A DNA stretch of 64,000 nt from positions 1 through 64,000 of the IMG/VR virus record IMGVR_UViG_3300030419_008098; one strand, written 5' to 3'. Numbering within the stretch: the stretch's first letter is position 1; each line of letters starts with the position of its first letter. Origin of the DNA: a virus. Below are positions 45,069 to 55,448 of this stretch, in pieces. The notes beneath the pieces are model-generated. The model ran no database searches and had not been told where the DNA came from. It worked only from the letters and a program-made list of their open reading frames with translations. The position numbers were made by a program, and so were the translations under genes.

Positions 45069-45707
45069 TTAATAATCATGGCGCTCTGAGACATTAAAGG
45101 CGCCAATAACATTAGTCGTATCGGTCACACTCGGGTCAGGAGACATGATACGGACCCGCCCCTGCTGAAAATTCCAAGTATCATAGATCGCAACACCAGT
45201 TTCCCATGCGTCGGCGGAATACCCTGTGTGAACCCCTGACTCAATAACCGCCCAGTTTGTTCCATCATTAGAAACTTCAATAACAAAAGCTCCGCTGATA
45301 CACTCCCCCCCGGCGGCTTGAATCCAACCAGCATCTGGTATAACCGACGAAGCTGTTAATTGATAGGAGTGTTTGGACAGCGCACCTAATTCGTCAGTCG
45401 CTAAACTAAGGACGGTGGAAGTTTTTGTGGCATTAACCGCAGTGGTATCTTGTGATTGAGGGACGCGCCCAAGCCTGCCAGTAACGTTAATGTCACCACT
45501 GACGGGAACATCGTGGGTATTCAGCCCCCCCACTGCAACCGAATCACTCGGCCACTCTAGGTCCACTGCTACAGAAAGATTTTCAACATTAACATCAATT
45601 CCGGTTTGAGGCTCCCATTGAGCCGTAGTGGGATTGTAGTTATACGCCAAAGACATGGTGGGGCCATGCCCCAAATTGGAAATATCCGTTATATTATTAA
45701 CTCCCAT
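45069..45707 (-). CDS. Hypothetical protein, possible virion component
   Basis: T/S/G/V-rich, EVSNDGTNW. Confidence 0.6.
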   Translation of the reverse strand: MGVNNITDISNLGHGPTMSLAYNYNPTTAQWEPQTGIDVNVENLSVAVDLEWPSDSVAVGGLNTHDVPVSGDINVTGRLGRVPQSQDTTAVNATKTSTVLSLATDELGALSKHSYQLTASSVIPDAGWIQAAGGECISGAFVIEVSNDGTNWAVIESGVHTGYSADAWETGVAIYDTWNFQQGRVRIMSPDPSVTDTTNVIGAFNVSERHDY

Positions 45708-45722
45708 AATAAATCTTATACA

Positions 45723-45929
45723 CTAAATTAAACCCAAAGCATCCCCTTTTCTTATTGAATCCCATTTTACTGCGGCATTGCTGGTTTTTTTTCGTTTTTT
45801 ATATTGACTCAAACACACGGCAACCCGCTGCTTTGAATCCGAAAACTCTTGCTTCATGATGTCATCGCTCATACAGCGTTGAACAAAGGAGTTTTTTTCT
45901 TCGCCAGAATTTTTAGTAGGGAGAGGCAT
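45723..45929 (-). CDS. Small phage-type protein
   Basis: MPLP...GEEKNSFVQRCM...QRVAVC. Confidence 0.65.
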   Translation of the reverse strand: MPLPTKNSGEEKNSFVQRCMSDDIMKQEFSDSKQRVAVCLSQYKKRKKTSNAAVKWDSIRKGDALGLI

Positions 45930-45971
45930 TTTACAGTATTACACTTAAAACCGCGAAGATTTACCTGTTAT

Positions 45972-46985
45972 TTAAAAATCATCCTCTAAAGCGCCGCTTT
46001 GCTGGTATTCCCTTACACGCCTTTCAAAGAAATTTCCCATAGCCTGCACATCCACCACTTCACCTAACCATGGAAAGGGGTTTTTGTCGCTAGGAAAAGA
46101 GTAATCTAACCCAATACCTTCCAACCGACGATTCCCGATGTAGTGCATGTAATCCACGAACATCTCGGCATTTAAACCTAAAATTCCCGTCGGTAACACG
46201 TCGTGGGCATAAGCTATTTCAAGCTCCACGGCTTTACGAATGTGTTCAATGAATTCACCTTGGATAGTTTTAGTCCAGATGGAAGGGTTTTGCTCGATAA
46301 TAGTATTAATTAAATAAGTCCCGAAGGCAATATGACTGCTTTCATCTCGTAAAGTGTATTTAATCTGGTCCGATACCCCTTGCAGTTTGTTTTGTCTACC
46401 AAGAGCTAAGAGCATAGCGAAACCACTAAAGAAAAAAGTTCCCTCACAGACTATATAATAAGTGAGAAGATTTCTTAGGATTTCTTGTTTCCCTGCTTTC
46501 GTGTTGGGGTTAAAATCTTGACGACTGATATCCGTCGTGATTTCCATAAGGAAGTCGTCTTTGGCTTTAATGCTGGGAATAGTTTCGTAAGCATTAAACA
46601 CTTCTTCAATATCCAATTCCAGGCTATCGCAAATATAAACCACGGTAAGGTTATGCAAACTTTCTTCAAAAGCTTGACGCAAAATGTACTGGCGACATTC
46701 AGCATCCGTAATAAATCTAAAAGCAGAAAGAAGAAGGTTATTGCCCACCAAAGACTCGCTTCCCGCAAAAAATCCCAAACATCTCTTGACGAGGAGTTTT
46801 TCATCATGTGTGATTTCATTATTCTTCCATTGTTTAATGTCATCTTGCATGGAGATTTCTGTGGGCATCCAATTGTTGGCGCAACTTTTAATAAATAAAT
46901 CCCACGCAAATTTATGTTTATGCGGTAAGATTCGATTTACCCCCGCAAGATCAGGGGTGAGTAATTCTCCAGTTTTATCATCCAT
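45972..46985 (-). CDS. nrdB: Ribonucleotide reductase class I beta subunit
   Basis: NWMPTEI, EESLH, EGTFFFSGF, RDESSH, NFFERRVREY. Confidence 0.95.
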   Translation of the reverse strand: MDDKTGELLTPDLAGVNRILPHKHKFAWDLFIKSCANNWMPTEISMQDDIKQWKNNEITHDEKLLVKRCLGFFAGSESLVGNNLLLSAFRFITDAECRQYILRQAFEESLHNLTVVYICDSLELDIEEVFNAYETIPSIKAKDDFLMEITTDISRQDFNPNTKAGKQEILRNLLTYYIVCEGTFFFSGFAMLLALGRQNKLQGVSDQIKYTLRDESSHIAFGTYLINTIIEQNPSIWTKTIQGEFIEHIRKAVELEIAYAHDVLPTGILGLNAEMFVDYMHYIGNRRLEGIGLDYSFPSDKNPFPWLGEVVDVQAMGNFFERRVREYQQSGALEDDF

Positions 46986-47030
46986 AACAAGAGCCTATAT
47001 AATAACAAAAACAGGCAGACTTGTCAAGAG

Positions 47031-47465
47031 TTATCTTTTTTTTCCAGGGACAGCGTAAAAACCCACAACCATAAAGCATAAATCCATAAAAGAGCTTAAC
47101 AATAGCCCCCCCGTTAAAGTTACCACCTTCCAGTCTTCACCCCCAAATACCCAACTAAAAAAGCCCCATTTGGCGGAGTCCCCTTTAGGTACAATAATAT
47201 CATAAGTAATAGAGGGGTTATGGGCATAATAAACCATTAAATAACACATAGTAAAAGTAATCGACATAAATAAAATACGTCGGGTTACTTTTACAAACGG
47301 ATCATGCGCCTGCTTAAGCTGGTTCTCCAGCATAGCTTCAACAATTTTTTGATCCCGTGCAGCCAACATCATTTGATCTTGGCGTTTTTGCTCTAGCCAT
47401 GAGTTGATCATGTTGCAGGCAAGTTTAATGCCCGCTCCAATAATAGTATTTAGTATAGGTCCCAC
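47031..47465 (-). CDS. Holin-like membrane protein
   Basis: 144 aa, several TMs, between nrdA and nrdB. Confidence 0.5.
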   Translation of the reverse strand: MGPILNTIIGAGIKLACNMINSWLEQKRQDQMMLAARDQKIVEAMLENQLKQAHDPFVKVTRRILFMSITFTMCYLMVYYAHNPSITYDIIVPKGDSAKWGFFSWVFGGEDWKVVTLTGGLLLSSFMDLCFMVVGFYAVPGKKR

Positions 47466-47482
47466 ATGGGATTATACACTTT

Positions 47483-49927
47483 TTATTGGCAAGATTCGCA
47501 AACTTCTCCGTTAGAAAGCGCTTCTAAACTGCAAGCCTCCGATTCTGTTTGGGGTGTTTCGATGGTAGATTTTTCTACTTTAGTTGCCGCTCTGTTGCGT
47601 AAATAATAAGTAGTTTTTAAGCCGGCTTCCCACGCTTTCATGTATAAATCATTGAGATGCTTTAAGGAAGTAGATTTGTTATATAAATTAAAACTGATAG
47701 ATTGATCTATCCATTTTTGCCTGACAGCATTGATTTCAATTAATTTAAACATATCTCGATCAAAAGCGGTTTTATACTTTTCCTTAAGATGGAGAGGGAT
47801 ATCACCGTTAAGAGAGTAAACGTCACCATCCACACTCTTAATTAAGCGGGCTAATTCCGGAGACCAAAGATTGTGTTTTTTTGCATCGCGAACAAAATGT
47901 TCGTTGGTTATATAAAAATTCCCACTCTTACACTCATAAACAAAAAGAACAGAAAAATTTGGTTCAATACTCTGTTCCACCCCATTGATGTATCCAATGG
48001 TGGCCGTTGGCGCAATAGCCATCACATTAGAATTACGCATTCCATGTTCTTTGATAGAGTCTCTTACCTCCTGCCAATTAAAAGTAGTTTTATGAGTTTT
48101 TTTCTGCCCCCTATAAGACATTAAATTATTCCAACTATCAAGAGGAAGAATGTTTTGATCCCACAACGACCCAATAAATGATTCGTAAGACCCTCTTTCG
48201 GCGGCGAGTTGACTACTTGCTAGAATCGCGTGTCTGCTATAAAATTCAAAAAGTTTATCGTTAAACTTAAGAGACTCCGGCGAGTCAATTTGAATATCTA
48301 AACGATGTAAAACATCATGAACCCCCATTAAACCCAAACCAATAGGTCTATGTCGTAGATTAGAGTTAGATGCTTCAGGGGTAGGATAAAAGTTGAGGTC
48401 TATTACATTGTCCAACATGCGAATAGCTAAATGAATAGTCTCCTCAAGTTTAGTCCAGTCCATATCTTGATGGGAAAGCTGACCCTCCTTGCTGTAGGAT
48501 TCTCTTAAATGATTAAACACATTAACTGAACCCAGATTACACACTGCTGTTTCGCCTGTCTCTACTTTTTCCCCTTGTTTATATTGAGAGGCTTTGGTAT
48601 GTAAAGTTATCTCTGTACAAAGATTAGAGCTATGAACCACGCCCTCATGTTGGTTGGTGTAGCGAATATTGCATGGGTCTTTGAAAGTATTCCACGGATG
48701 CGAGGTCTCAAACAATACTTTTAACATTTTTTTCCATAACTCTTTCGCTGGAAGCTTATGAAAACTTTTAATTTCCCCACTCTCCGCTTTCTTACAATAA
48801 AATTTATATTTTTTATCAAAAGCCTCCCCATACAAATCATGCAGTTCAGAACATTCTCTCGGATCAAATAGATACCAGTCCTTTTCTTGCTGCACCCGCC
48901 TCATAAAGATATCAGGTATCCACGAAGCAGTATTCATGTCGTGACAACGAAGTCTGTCATCCCCAGTGTTTTTACGTAGACTCAGAAAAGCTTCATAATC
49001 AAGATGCCACGGCTCTAAATATGCACAGCCCGCACCGGGACGCTTACCCCCTTGATTTACCGCAACTAAAAGATCATTATAAATCTTAAGCCACGGAACC
49101 AACCCGCTGGAAATTCCATTAGTTCCTTTAATGTAAGAGCCAGTAGACCTAAAAGGCGTAACATCCAATCCAAGACCCCCCGCATATTTCGACTTGCGAG
49201 CCTCTTGCCATGCTCCATCAAAAATTCCATCTATACTATCGTCAAAAGTATTTAAATAACAAGAGCTAAGTTGAGAATGACTCGTGCCACTATTAAAAAG
49301 AGTGGGGGTGGAGGTTGTATATCTAAATTGGCTCAAAAGATCATAAAATTTAATAGCCCATTCTTCTTTATCCTTTTCGTTAATTGCCAACCCCATGGCC
49401 ACACGCATCCAAAAGCATTGAGGAGCCTCCATAATTTTATTATCTTGACGAATAAAATAACGATCATAAAGAATTTGGATGCCTAAATATTTAAAGCGCT
49501 GATCTCTACTTAACTCTAGAGAATCACTTAATTTCTTAAGATCAAAATCCAATAATCTTTTATCTAACCTTCCTTCCTTTACAAGACCTTTAATGTTTTG
49601 AATAAAAGACTTGCGGTACTGTAAGTTAAAAGTGTCAGAATCCACACCTTCTTTAAAAACTTCTTTGTAAAGACAGTTAAGAAGGAGGCCGGCGGCAGCA
49701 TAAGAATACTGTGGCTCCTTCTCTATTTTTTCTCGGGCCGATAAAATAAGAGCTTGGTCAATCTCCGCTGTAGTAATCTTGTCATAGAGTTGAAGTTGGG
49801 CATCTAGAACTATCTCGCTAGCTGAAACTTCTTTTATGTTTTCACAGACTCTCTGAGCGCTAGCATTAATCTTATCGACTTCAAAATCTTCCAAACGGCC
49901 ATTGCGTTTTTTAACTTTTATATCCAT
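47483..49927 (-). CDS. nrdA: Ribonucleotide reductase class I alpha subunit with ATP cone
   Basis: VKKRNG, TPTLFNSG, LSSCY, SNLCTEI, AIAPTA, KTTYYLR, C-terminal CESCQ. Confidence 0.96.
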   Translation of the reverse strand: MDIKVKKRNGRLEDFEVDKINASAQRVCENIKEVSASEIVLDAQLQLYDKITTAEIDQALILSAREKIEKEPQYSYAAAGLLLNCLYKEVFKEGVDSDTFNLQYRKSFIQNIKGLVKEGRLDKRLLDFDLKKLSDSLELSRDQRFKYLGIQILYDRYFIRQDNKIMEAPQCFWMRVAMGLAINEKDKEEWAIKFYDLLSQFRYTTSTPTLFNSGTSHSQLSSCYLNTFDDSIDGIFDGAWQEARKSKYAGGLGLDVTPFRSTGSYIKGTNGISSGLVPWLKIYNDLLVAVNQGGKRPGAGCAYLEPWHLDYEAFLSLRKNTGDDRLRCHDMNTASWIPDIFMRRVQQEKDWYLFDPRECSELHDLYGEAFDKKYKFYCKKAESGEIKSFHKLPAKELWKKMLKVLFETSHPWNTFKDPCNIRYTNQHEGVVHSSNLCTEITLHTKASQYKQGEKVETGETAVCNLGSVNVFNHLRESYSKEGQLSHQDMDWTKLEETIHLAIRMLDNVIDLNFYPTPEASNSNLRHRPIGLGLMGVHDVLHRLDIQIDSPESLKFNDKLFEFYSRHAILASSQLAAERGSYESFIGSLWDQNILPLDSWNNLMSYRGQKKTHKTTFNWQEVRDSIKEHGMRNSNVMAIAPTATIGYINGVEQSIEPNFSVLFVYECKSGNFYITNEHFVRDAKKHNLWSPELARLIKSVDGDVYSLNGDIPLHLKEKYKTAFDRDMFKLIEINAVRQKWIDQSISFNLYNKSTSLKHLNDLYMKAWEAGLKTTYYLRNRAATKVEKSTIETPQTESEACSLEALSNGEVCESCQ

Positions 49928-50122
49928 GATACGGGTATTACTACACAGGAAAATAGTCCCCTGTTTTTTCTTCAGTTATATTGTGAGTTTTTCTTGTTTA
50001 ACCCCAAAAAAAGTGTACGGGTCTGGCTAAAATAATTATTCCAGCCTAGGGTTTTAAAAACACTATCATACCAGAAAACCTCATCACTGGCAAGTATAAA
50101 AAGAAAAAGTTATTCACAGTCT

Positions 50123-51154
50123 CTACGAGAGAAGCGAGTAATCGTGCTGGTACATTTTTTTTACCAACCCTTTAAAGTCTGTATGACGCTCCCAACCAAG
50201 TTCTTTTTCCGCTAAAGAAGGATCCCCGCAAAGCTCATGCACCTCGGCGGGTCGATAGAATTTAGGGTTTATTTTAAAGATAAGTTGGCCTGACGGGGAG
50301 TGATAAAAACATTCATGCTCCTTATTTCCCCGGGAATAATATTCGATACCGGCTACAGCTAAAGATTCTTCGAGAAATTCTCTTACACTATGCATTTCCC
50401 CACTTGCTAAAACATAATTTTTAGGTTGATCTTGATTTAACATCAACCATACGCCACCCATAAAGTCTTCTGCGTCACTCCAATCACGTTGAGCCTCTAA
50501 ATTTCCTAGTGACAAAACTGGGATTTCGGTAGAATTATTTAACGCAATCTTGATTTTAGCCACTCCATCACTAATCTTGCGGGTAACAAAATCTAAACCG
50601 CGCCGAGTACCTTCATGATTGAAAAGCCATCCCTGTACCGCATAAAGACCATAGGACTCCCTATAAACTCTAACTAAATGTCTAGCGGCACATTTCGCCG
50701 CACCATAAGGAGACTGGGGCAACAAGGGGTGCTCTTCGGATTGGGGCGAATGAATTACATCACCAAACTCCTCCGAAGACCCCGCATTATAAAAACGACA
50801 ATCTGGAACAAAACGGCGTACAGATTCCAGAATATGTAAGACCGCATCAGCATCAGTGCCCCAGGTTTGAATGGGATATTTCCAGCTCCCCGCCACAAAA
50901 GACTGAGCTGCAAAGTTTATAAAGTAATCAGGCTCAATGTCAATGATAACATCTCTGATGCTGTGAGCATCCATAAGATCCATATCAATCAATTCAAAAC
51001 GTTCTTCATTTTCTAAGTGAAGGATGTTTTCATGGTTTTTAACGCTAAGCCTACGAATGGCTCCATAAATTTTATGAGAAGTCTTTTTGAGTAGGTAATC
51101 CACCATGTGGCTCCCATCCTGGCCGGTAACCCCGGTAATGATTATTTTTTTCAT
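50123..51154 (-). CDS. gmd: GDP-mannose 4,6-dehydratase
   Basis: ITGVTGQDGS, AAQSFV, SPYGAAK, FNHE, FVTRKI, GNLEAQRDW, FYRPAEV. Confidence 0.93.
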   Translation of the reverse strand: MKKIIITGVTGQDGSHMVDYLLKKTSHKIYGAIRRLSVKNHENILHLENEERFELIDMDLMDAHSIRDVIIDIEPDYFINFAAQSFVAGSWKYPIQTWGTDADAVLHILESVRRFVPDCRFYNAGSSEEFGDVIHSPQSEEHPLLPQSPYGAAKCAARHLVRVYRESYGLYAVQGWLFNHEGTRRGLDFVTRKISDGVAKIKIALNNSTEIPVLSLGNLEAQRDWSDAEDFMGGVWLMLNQDQPKNYVLASGEMHSVREFLEESLAVAGIEYYSRGNKEHECFYHSPSGQLIFKINPKFYRPAEVHELCGDPSLAEKELGWERHTDFKGLVKKMYQHDYSLLS

Positions 51155-51173
51155 ATTAAGATTCCTTATTTAT

Positions 51174-52151
51174 TTAAGCCTGCATTAGTATATCTAATGT
51201 AGACGAAATATCCACAATATAATTTTGGTCAAAAAGCGGATTCTCTTGAGCACGGCCACTTTTTCCTCCGGGATTAGGGTTATGCACTAAAGAAAAAGAA
51301 GGAAAGAAGTATTTAGAAAACAGTCTGTCGGTCCCCATTAAGCGAGGCCAAGAATTACGATAATCTACTTCGAGAATACAAATATTTTTATTCATTAATA
51401 AAAGATTGGTCATATTAGCCCCCGTGGGGGAGATGAAAATTTTACAACTGTTCAGAAGTAGGGCTTGATCACGGAAACTTAAATTGGCTAAAGTGTCTAC
51501 AATTTTTACGGAAAAGCCAATCTTTTTAATTTCCTCTGCGAGCTGCGCGGCATTTAAGATTATGCGAGAGCCCGCCTCTTCTCGGGTGTAGATAATTACA
51601 TCTTCAGCCGGAGGGGGTGGTAGCTTTAGGGTTGTAGAAATTAACTTATATAACAGATGCGCATCCCCGGGATATCGCAACAATCTATCTTCCCCTAAAA
51701 TAATAAGTTCTTCAAAGAAATAAACTTTTTCGGTTTGATAAACCACCTTAATGTTAAACTGAGACAGCGCGCATAAAAATAAAGAATTACACCAATAGTT
51801 GGAGCCAGTTTTAAATGTACCCACAGCATCCATATCGCTTAATTGAGGAAAGGCTGGGGTCTCCAGGGAGTCGCTTTTTACATTAATTAATAAAGTGTCA
51901 ATCCCCGCACTATTCTCTCTCAAAAAATGAAAAAAATTCAAGAAAGTATCGTAAGTAAAATGAGCTATATTGTGAACATGTAGTTCATAGCGAAGAGTAG
52001 TTCCCTTAAGATGTATAAAGTTCTCAAAAGAAAGGGGTTTATGAAAATTATATAAGCGATTTTCAATGGAAGTAAAGTTTCCAAACAAATCAGTACCATT
52101 ATATATTCCTTTATGGGAATTTTTTAAAAATACATTCCTAAAAGATTTCAT
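51174..52151 (-). CDS. Glycosyltransferase family 61-like
   Basis: NIAHF, R.ILN, LSFRDQ, ISPTGANMTN. Confidence 0.7.
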   Translation of the reverse strand: MKSFRNVFLKNSHKGIYNGTDLFGNFTSIENRLYNFHKPLSFENFIHLKGTTLRYELHVHNIAHFTYDTFLNFFHFLRENSAGIDTLLINVKSDSLETPAFPQLSDMDAVGTFKTGSNYWCNSLFLCALSQFNIKVVYQTEKVYFFEELIILGEDRLLRYPGDAHLLYKLISTTLKLPPPPAEDVIIYTREEAGSRIILNAAQLAEEIKKIGFSVKIVDTLANLSFRDQALLLNSCKIFISPTGANMTNLLLMNKNICILEVDYRNSWPRLMGTDRLFSKYFFPSFSLVHNPNPGGKSGRAQENPLFDQNYIVDISSTLDILMQA

Positions 52152-53242
52152 TACTTGTGAAGGGTTTGGTAAATTTTAAGAAGGAAGTACCGCGCCAAAG
52201 ACGTACTGCTAAAATACTTGAGGGCTCGCTCACTCATTTTTTTAATCCGAGTTTCAAATTCGGAAGGGTGGGAATATAAATACAAAGCTTTTTCTACGAG
52301 TTCTCTATAATCAGTGCACTCCGCAAAAGAGTCGCATTCTGATAAAGGATATTCAGAAATGTCTATAGGAGGCTTCGTGAATAAAAAATAACTACCACTT
52401 GATAGGGCCTCCCAGGGGCGCTTGGAATCCCAAAAAGGCCAATGGTCAATGCCCCCATATAAAATACATTTACAGTTTCCCAGGGCGCTTACATACGCGG
52501 GATTGGAGGCCCAGCGGTGGTAGGAATGTATGTTCTGATCTTTGGAGGCCATAGCTGAAATGGGAGAAGGGAACTTCGGGTCACCATAAACTTTACCATA
52601 AAAAGTATTTCCGGGAATCAACCCCCTCGCTACTAAAGCGTCCACCTCATTCCGTTTTTGGCCGGGACCAGAAATGTGGGCAAAATCTATCTCTCTATCC
52701 TTAAAGGAGCGCGACTTGGGATTTTTATAAAAATCCGTAATTCCAAAAGGTAAATAAAAATTGGCCTCGTGGGAGGAGGTAAATTGCTTCTGAGAGGTGA
52801 AGAGAATATCAGGGGTATAGTTTCCTAAGGGAAGGGCCCACCGCTCTAAAAATACATCCTGGGTTAAGTCCGAGGGCACACATTTACCATGGTCATCTAC
52901 AAAAGAGTTGGCTTTCTTAATCCATGTGTCGTTACCATTTACCACATCACTTCCATCCACCATTATTTTAATAAGGTTAGAGGGAATTAAATCCCATCGG
53001 GTGCCCCACTGCTGCCCGCTTAAGCAAAAATCATAACCTTCACTAGCGGCAGAAATGAGGTTTTCACAAAACCAGGAATTTATGTTTGATTTGAAAACGT
53101 CAATTTGAAACCCTAACTTATATAAACCCTCTAAAATTGTAATGACGGGAGCCTCGTAACTTTCGGAACCAACGAAAAGAATTTTTTTATTAAAGTTTTT
53201 TTCAATTCCCCGAGCTTCTTGAAAATATTTTTTAATAATCAT
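52151..53242 (-). CDS. Putative glycosyltransferase
   Basis: YLPFGI, WDSKRPWEAL..G C-terminal GT-B-like motif; cluster context. Confidence 0.6.
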   Translation of the reverse strand: MIIKKYFQEARGIEKNFNKKILFVGSESYEAPVITILEGLYKLGFQIDVFKSNINSWFCENLISAASEGYDFCLSGQQWGTRWDLIPSNLIKIMVDGSDVVNGNDTWIKKANSFVDDHGKCVPSDLTQDVFLERWALPLGNYTPDILFTSQKQFTSSHEANFYLPFGITDFYKNPKSRSFKDREIDFAHISGPGQKRNEVDALVARGLIPGNTFYGKVYGDPKFPSPISAMASKDQNIHSYHRWASNPAYVSALGNCKCILYGGIDHWPFWDSKRPWEALSSGSYFLFTKPPIDISEYPLSECDSFAECTDYRELVEKALYLYSHPSEFETRIKKMSERALKYFSSTSLARYFLLKIYQTLHK

Positions 53243-53295
53243 GGAACTTTTGTATTATAAAGGGAGGTTATTAATATTCTAATAAAAGAACTGTA

Positions 53296-54330
53296 ATGAA
53301 AGTGGTGATTGTCAAAGAGGCGTTAGATGAATTAGGGCCGTATTCATCTTTTGAATACAGGGGCATGTCATTTAAAAAATTATTAAATCAGTTTAAAACT
53401 AAAGCTAATGGGGTGCATACATTTTTAGCTTTTCAAGCCGATAGCATTATTCTTAACCAACCGCCTTCTCAAGGATATAAACAAAATATACCTCTAGAGC
53501 GTCAACAGAGGATTCTTTCCGCCACCACCAACACATACAATTTAAAAGACATATCGTGGGGAAGTTATGATGTGGTGTGGTGTCGCGATGCTATACTGGG
53601 GGAAATTGATACACTCAGAAAAAACTACCCTCAAACCTTATTTATTTATGAAAATGTCGAACACGCGTTTGCGATAATGGATCCTCGGTATGACATAATT
53701 TTAAATCATGTGGATTTTTCATTTACCGGAAAACCCAACAAACAAGGTTTAACGCCCTTTCCTTATGTAATAAATCCTGCAATTTTAAGAAAAAATATAA
53801 ACTGCAGCAAAAAAAGGGGGGTTTATCTAGATAGTAGAGACATCTACGAGTACGCCGAAGAAAAAAACATTAAAGATAAATACAAAAATCTCCAACAAAA
53901 ATTTAAAACTTTTAATATAAACCTAAACTCTCTTATTCCAAGGCCAGAATTCTGTTATAGGGAGGTAAATGATATACAGTCCAATACCTATAATTATCTG
54001 AAGCGCGTAGGAGAAGCCGAATATTTTGCTTTATTAGCTGACCGAGAGGGGCAAGCATTGGTAGAAGCCGCCGCTCTAGGATGTATTGTAATTGGTAACG
54101 GGACGACGACACAATCGAAATTAATTTGCCATCCAGTATGTAGGGTGGAAAAATTTTTAGATGGGGGTCTTTTAAGGAATAAAATACTAGCCTTGCAAGA
54201 AAACGCCCCTCTTAAAAAAGAAATTTTAGAATACCAAAATACCGTTTTAGATAATTACTATTATAAATATCAAGAGCGCCTCATTCGCACCGCCCTTTAT
54301 AATAAAAGAGGGTTAAGGGTTGCGTTTTAA
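53296..54330 (+). CDS. Putative glycosyltransferase
   Basis: GQALVEAAALGCIVIG GT-B-like motif. Confidence 0.6.
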   Translation: MKVVIVKEALDELGPYSSFEYRGMSFKKLLNQFKTKANGVHTFLAFQADSIILNQPPSQGYKQNIPLERQQRILSATTNTYNLKDISWGSYDVVWCRDAILGEIDTLRKNYPQTLFIYENVEHAFAIMDPRYDIILNHVDFSFTGKPNKQGLTPFPYVINPAILRKNINCSKKRGVYLDSRDIYEYAEEKNIKDKYKNLQQKFKTFNINLNSLIPRPEFCYREVNDIQSNTYNYLKRVGEAEYFALLADREGQALVEAAALGCIVIGNGTTTQSKLICHPVCRVEKFLDGGLLRNKILALQENAPLKKEILEYQNTVLDNYYYKYQERLIRTALYNKRGLRVAF

Positions 54331-55398
54331 CTGAAGTGCTGTAGATAAAATATTTTGTTGGTATTCTACAAAATAGGTTTGGAGTCTTTGATTTTGATAG
54401 AGTAGTATTTCTTCTTGAAGTTGGGGGTTTGATTCGAGCTTAAGTATGCGCTCTTCGACCTCCGAGTAGGGTTGAAAAGAAGAAAAAAGAGTAAAAGGAT
54501 GGCATAGGAGATTGTGGTTGGGTGAACGAGTGGTACCAAAGCAAATACAATTTAACCCTGCGGCATCCACTAAAGATTGACCTAACCTACCGCTAGTTGA
54601 GGAAAAATATTTACTTTCCGCCAGTAAAGATAAATATTGAAAGCTGTCGGACTCACCACTCGGAGATACGCATAATCCGTTAAGGGAATTCTTGAGATTA
54701 CAGACTTTCTTAATGTTTCGATCCGCCTGGATGTGGTTTAATTTAGCCACCACCTTTATTTTGTCGGAGGAATAGCTAGGCGAAGAGGCACTCAACTCTG
54801 CCCCCAAAGCATAGTGCATCAGATCCCTATAGTCTATGTATAGCTGTATTTTTTTATCGCAAGAAAACTGCTTTCTCATTTTAGCTGGAGAACGCGGATA
54901 GGGAAATGGGATTTCCTTGTTTAATTCTTGGAGTAATATATCCCGGGGTGGGTGGTCGTGGCGCAAAATCAAATCATAAAAACGTGAATTGGTGGGACAG
55001 AACCCACGACTATGCTCAACTTCCTCATAAACAAAAAGAGTAGTGGGGTATTTAACCTTATGGGATTGAATGTTTTTTAAAATAGGGTCACGACACCATA
55101 CTACATCATAATTTTCAAATGGAATCTCTTGCTCGGATTTTACAGTCCCTAAGGTGGCGTGATAAGTATTGGTATAATTATCTTCTAAAGTGTTGGCTTC
55201 AATAATGTCGCATTCATGCCGGGCAAAGTTGTAGCTGTCTAAAATGTAATGGTCGGCTTCGAATAACAAAAAGGATTCTAAGCCATTAGTTTTGGTGTTA
55301 TGGAGCTTTAGTAAATCTTGAAATTTTAAATCCCTATAGTTGAAAGAGGTGGTGGGACCCAGGACGTCATAATATTGTTTGATTATACAGACTTTCAT
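54313..55398 (-). CDS. Putative glycosyltransferase (paralog of 53296 gene)
   Basis: GQSLVDAAGLNCICFG; shared YDVVWCRD. Confidence 0.6.
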   Translation of the reverse strand: MKVCIIKQYYDVLGPTTSFNYRDLKFQDLLKLHNTKTNGLESFLLFEADHYILDSYNFARHECDIIEANTLEDNYTNTYHATLGTVKSEQEIPFENYDVVWCRDPILKNIQSHKVKYPTTLFVYEEVEHSRGFCPTNSRFYDLILRHDHPPRDILLQELNKEIPFPYPRSPAKMRKQFSCDKKIQLYIDYRDLMHYALGAELSASSPSYSSDKIKVVAKLNHIQADRNIKKVCNLKNSLNGLCVSPSGESDSFQYLSLLAESKYFSSTSGRLGQSLVDAAGLNCICFGTTRSPNHNLLCHPFTLFSSFQPYSEVEERILKLESNPQLQEEILLYQNQRLQTYFVEYQQNILSTALQLKRNP

Positions 55399-55448
55399 TT
55401 TTTTTTAGATTTATGTGAAAATTAATTGAATATAAAGCAAGAAATATT

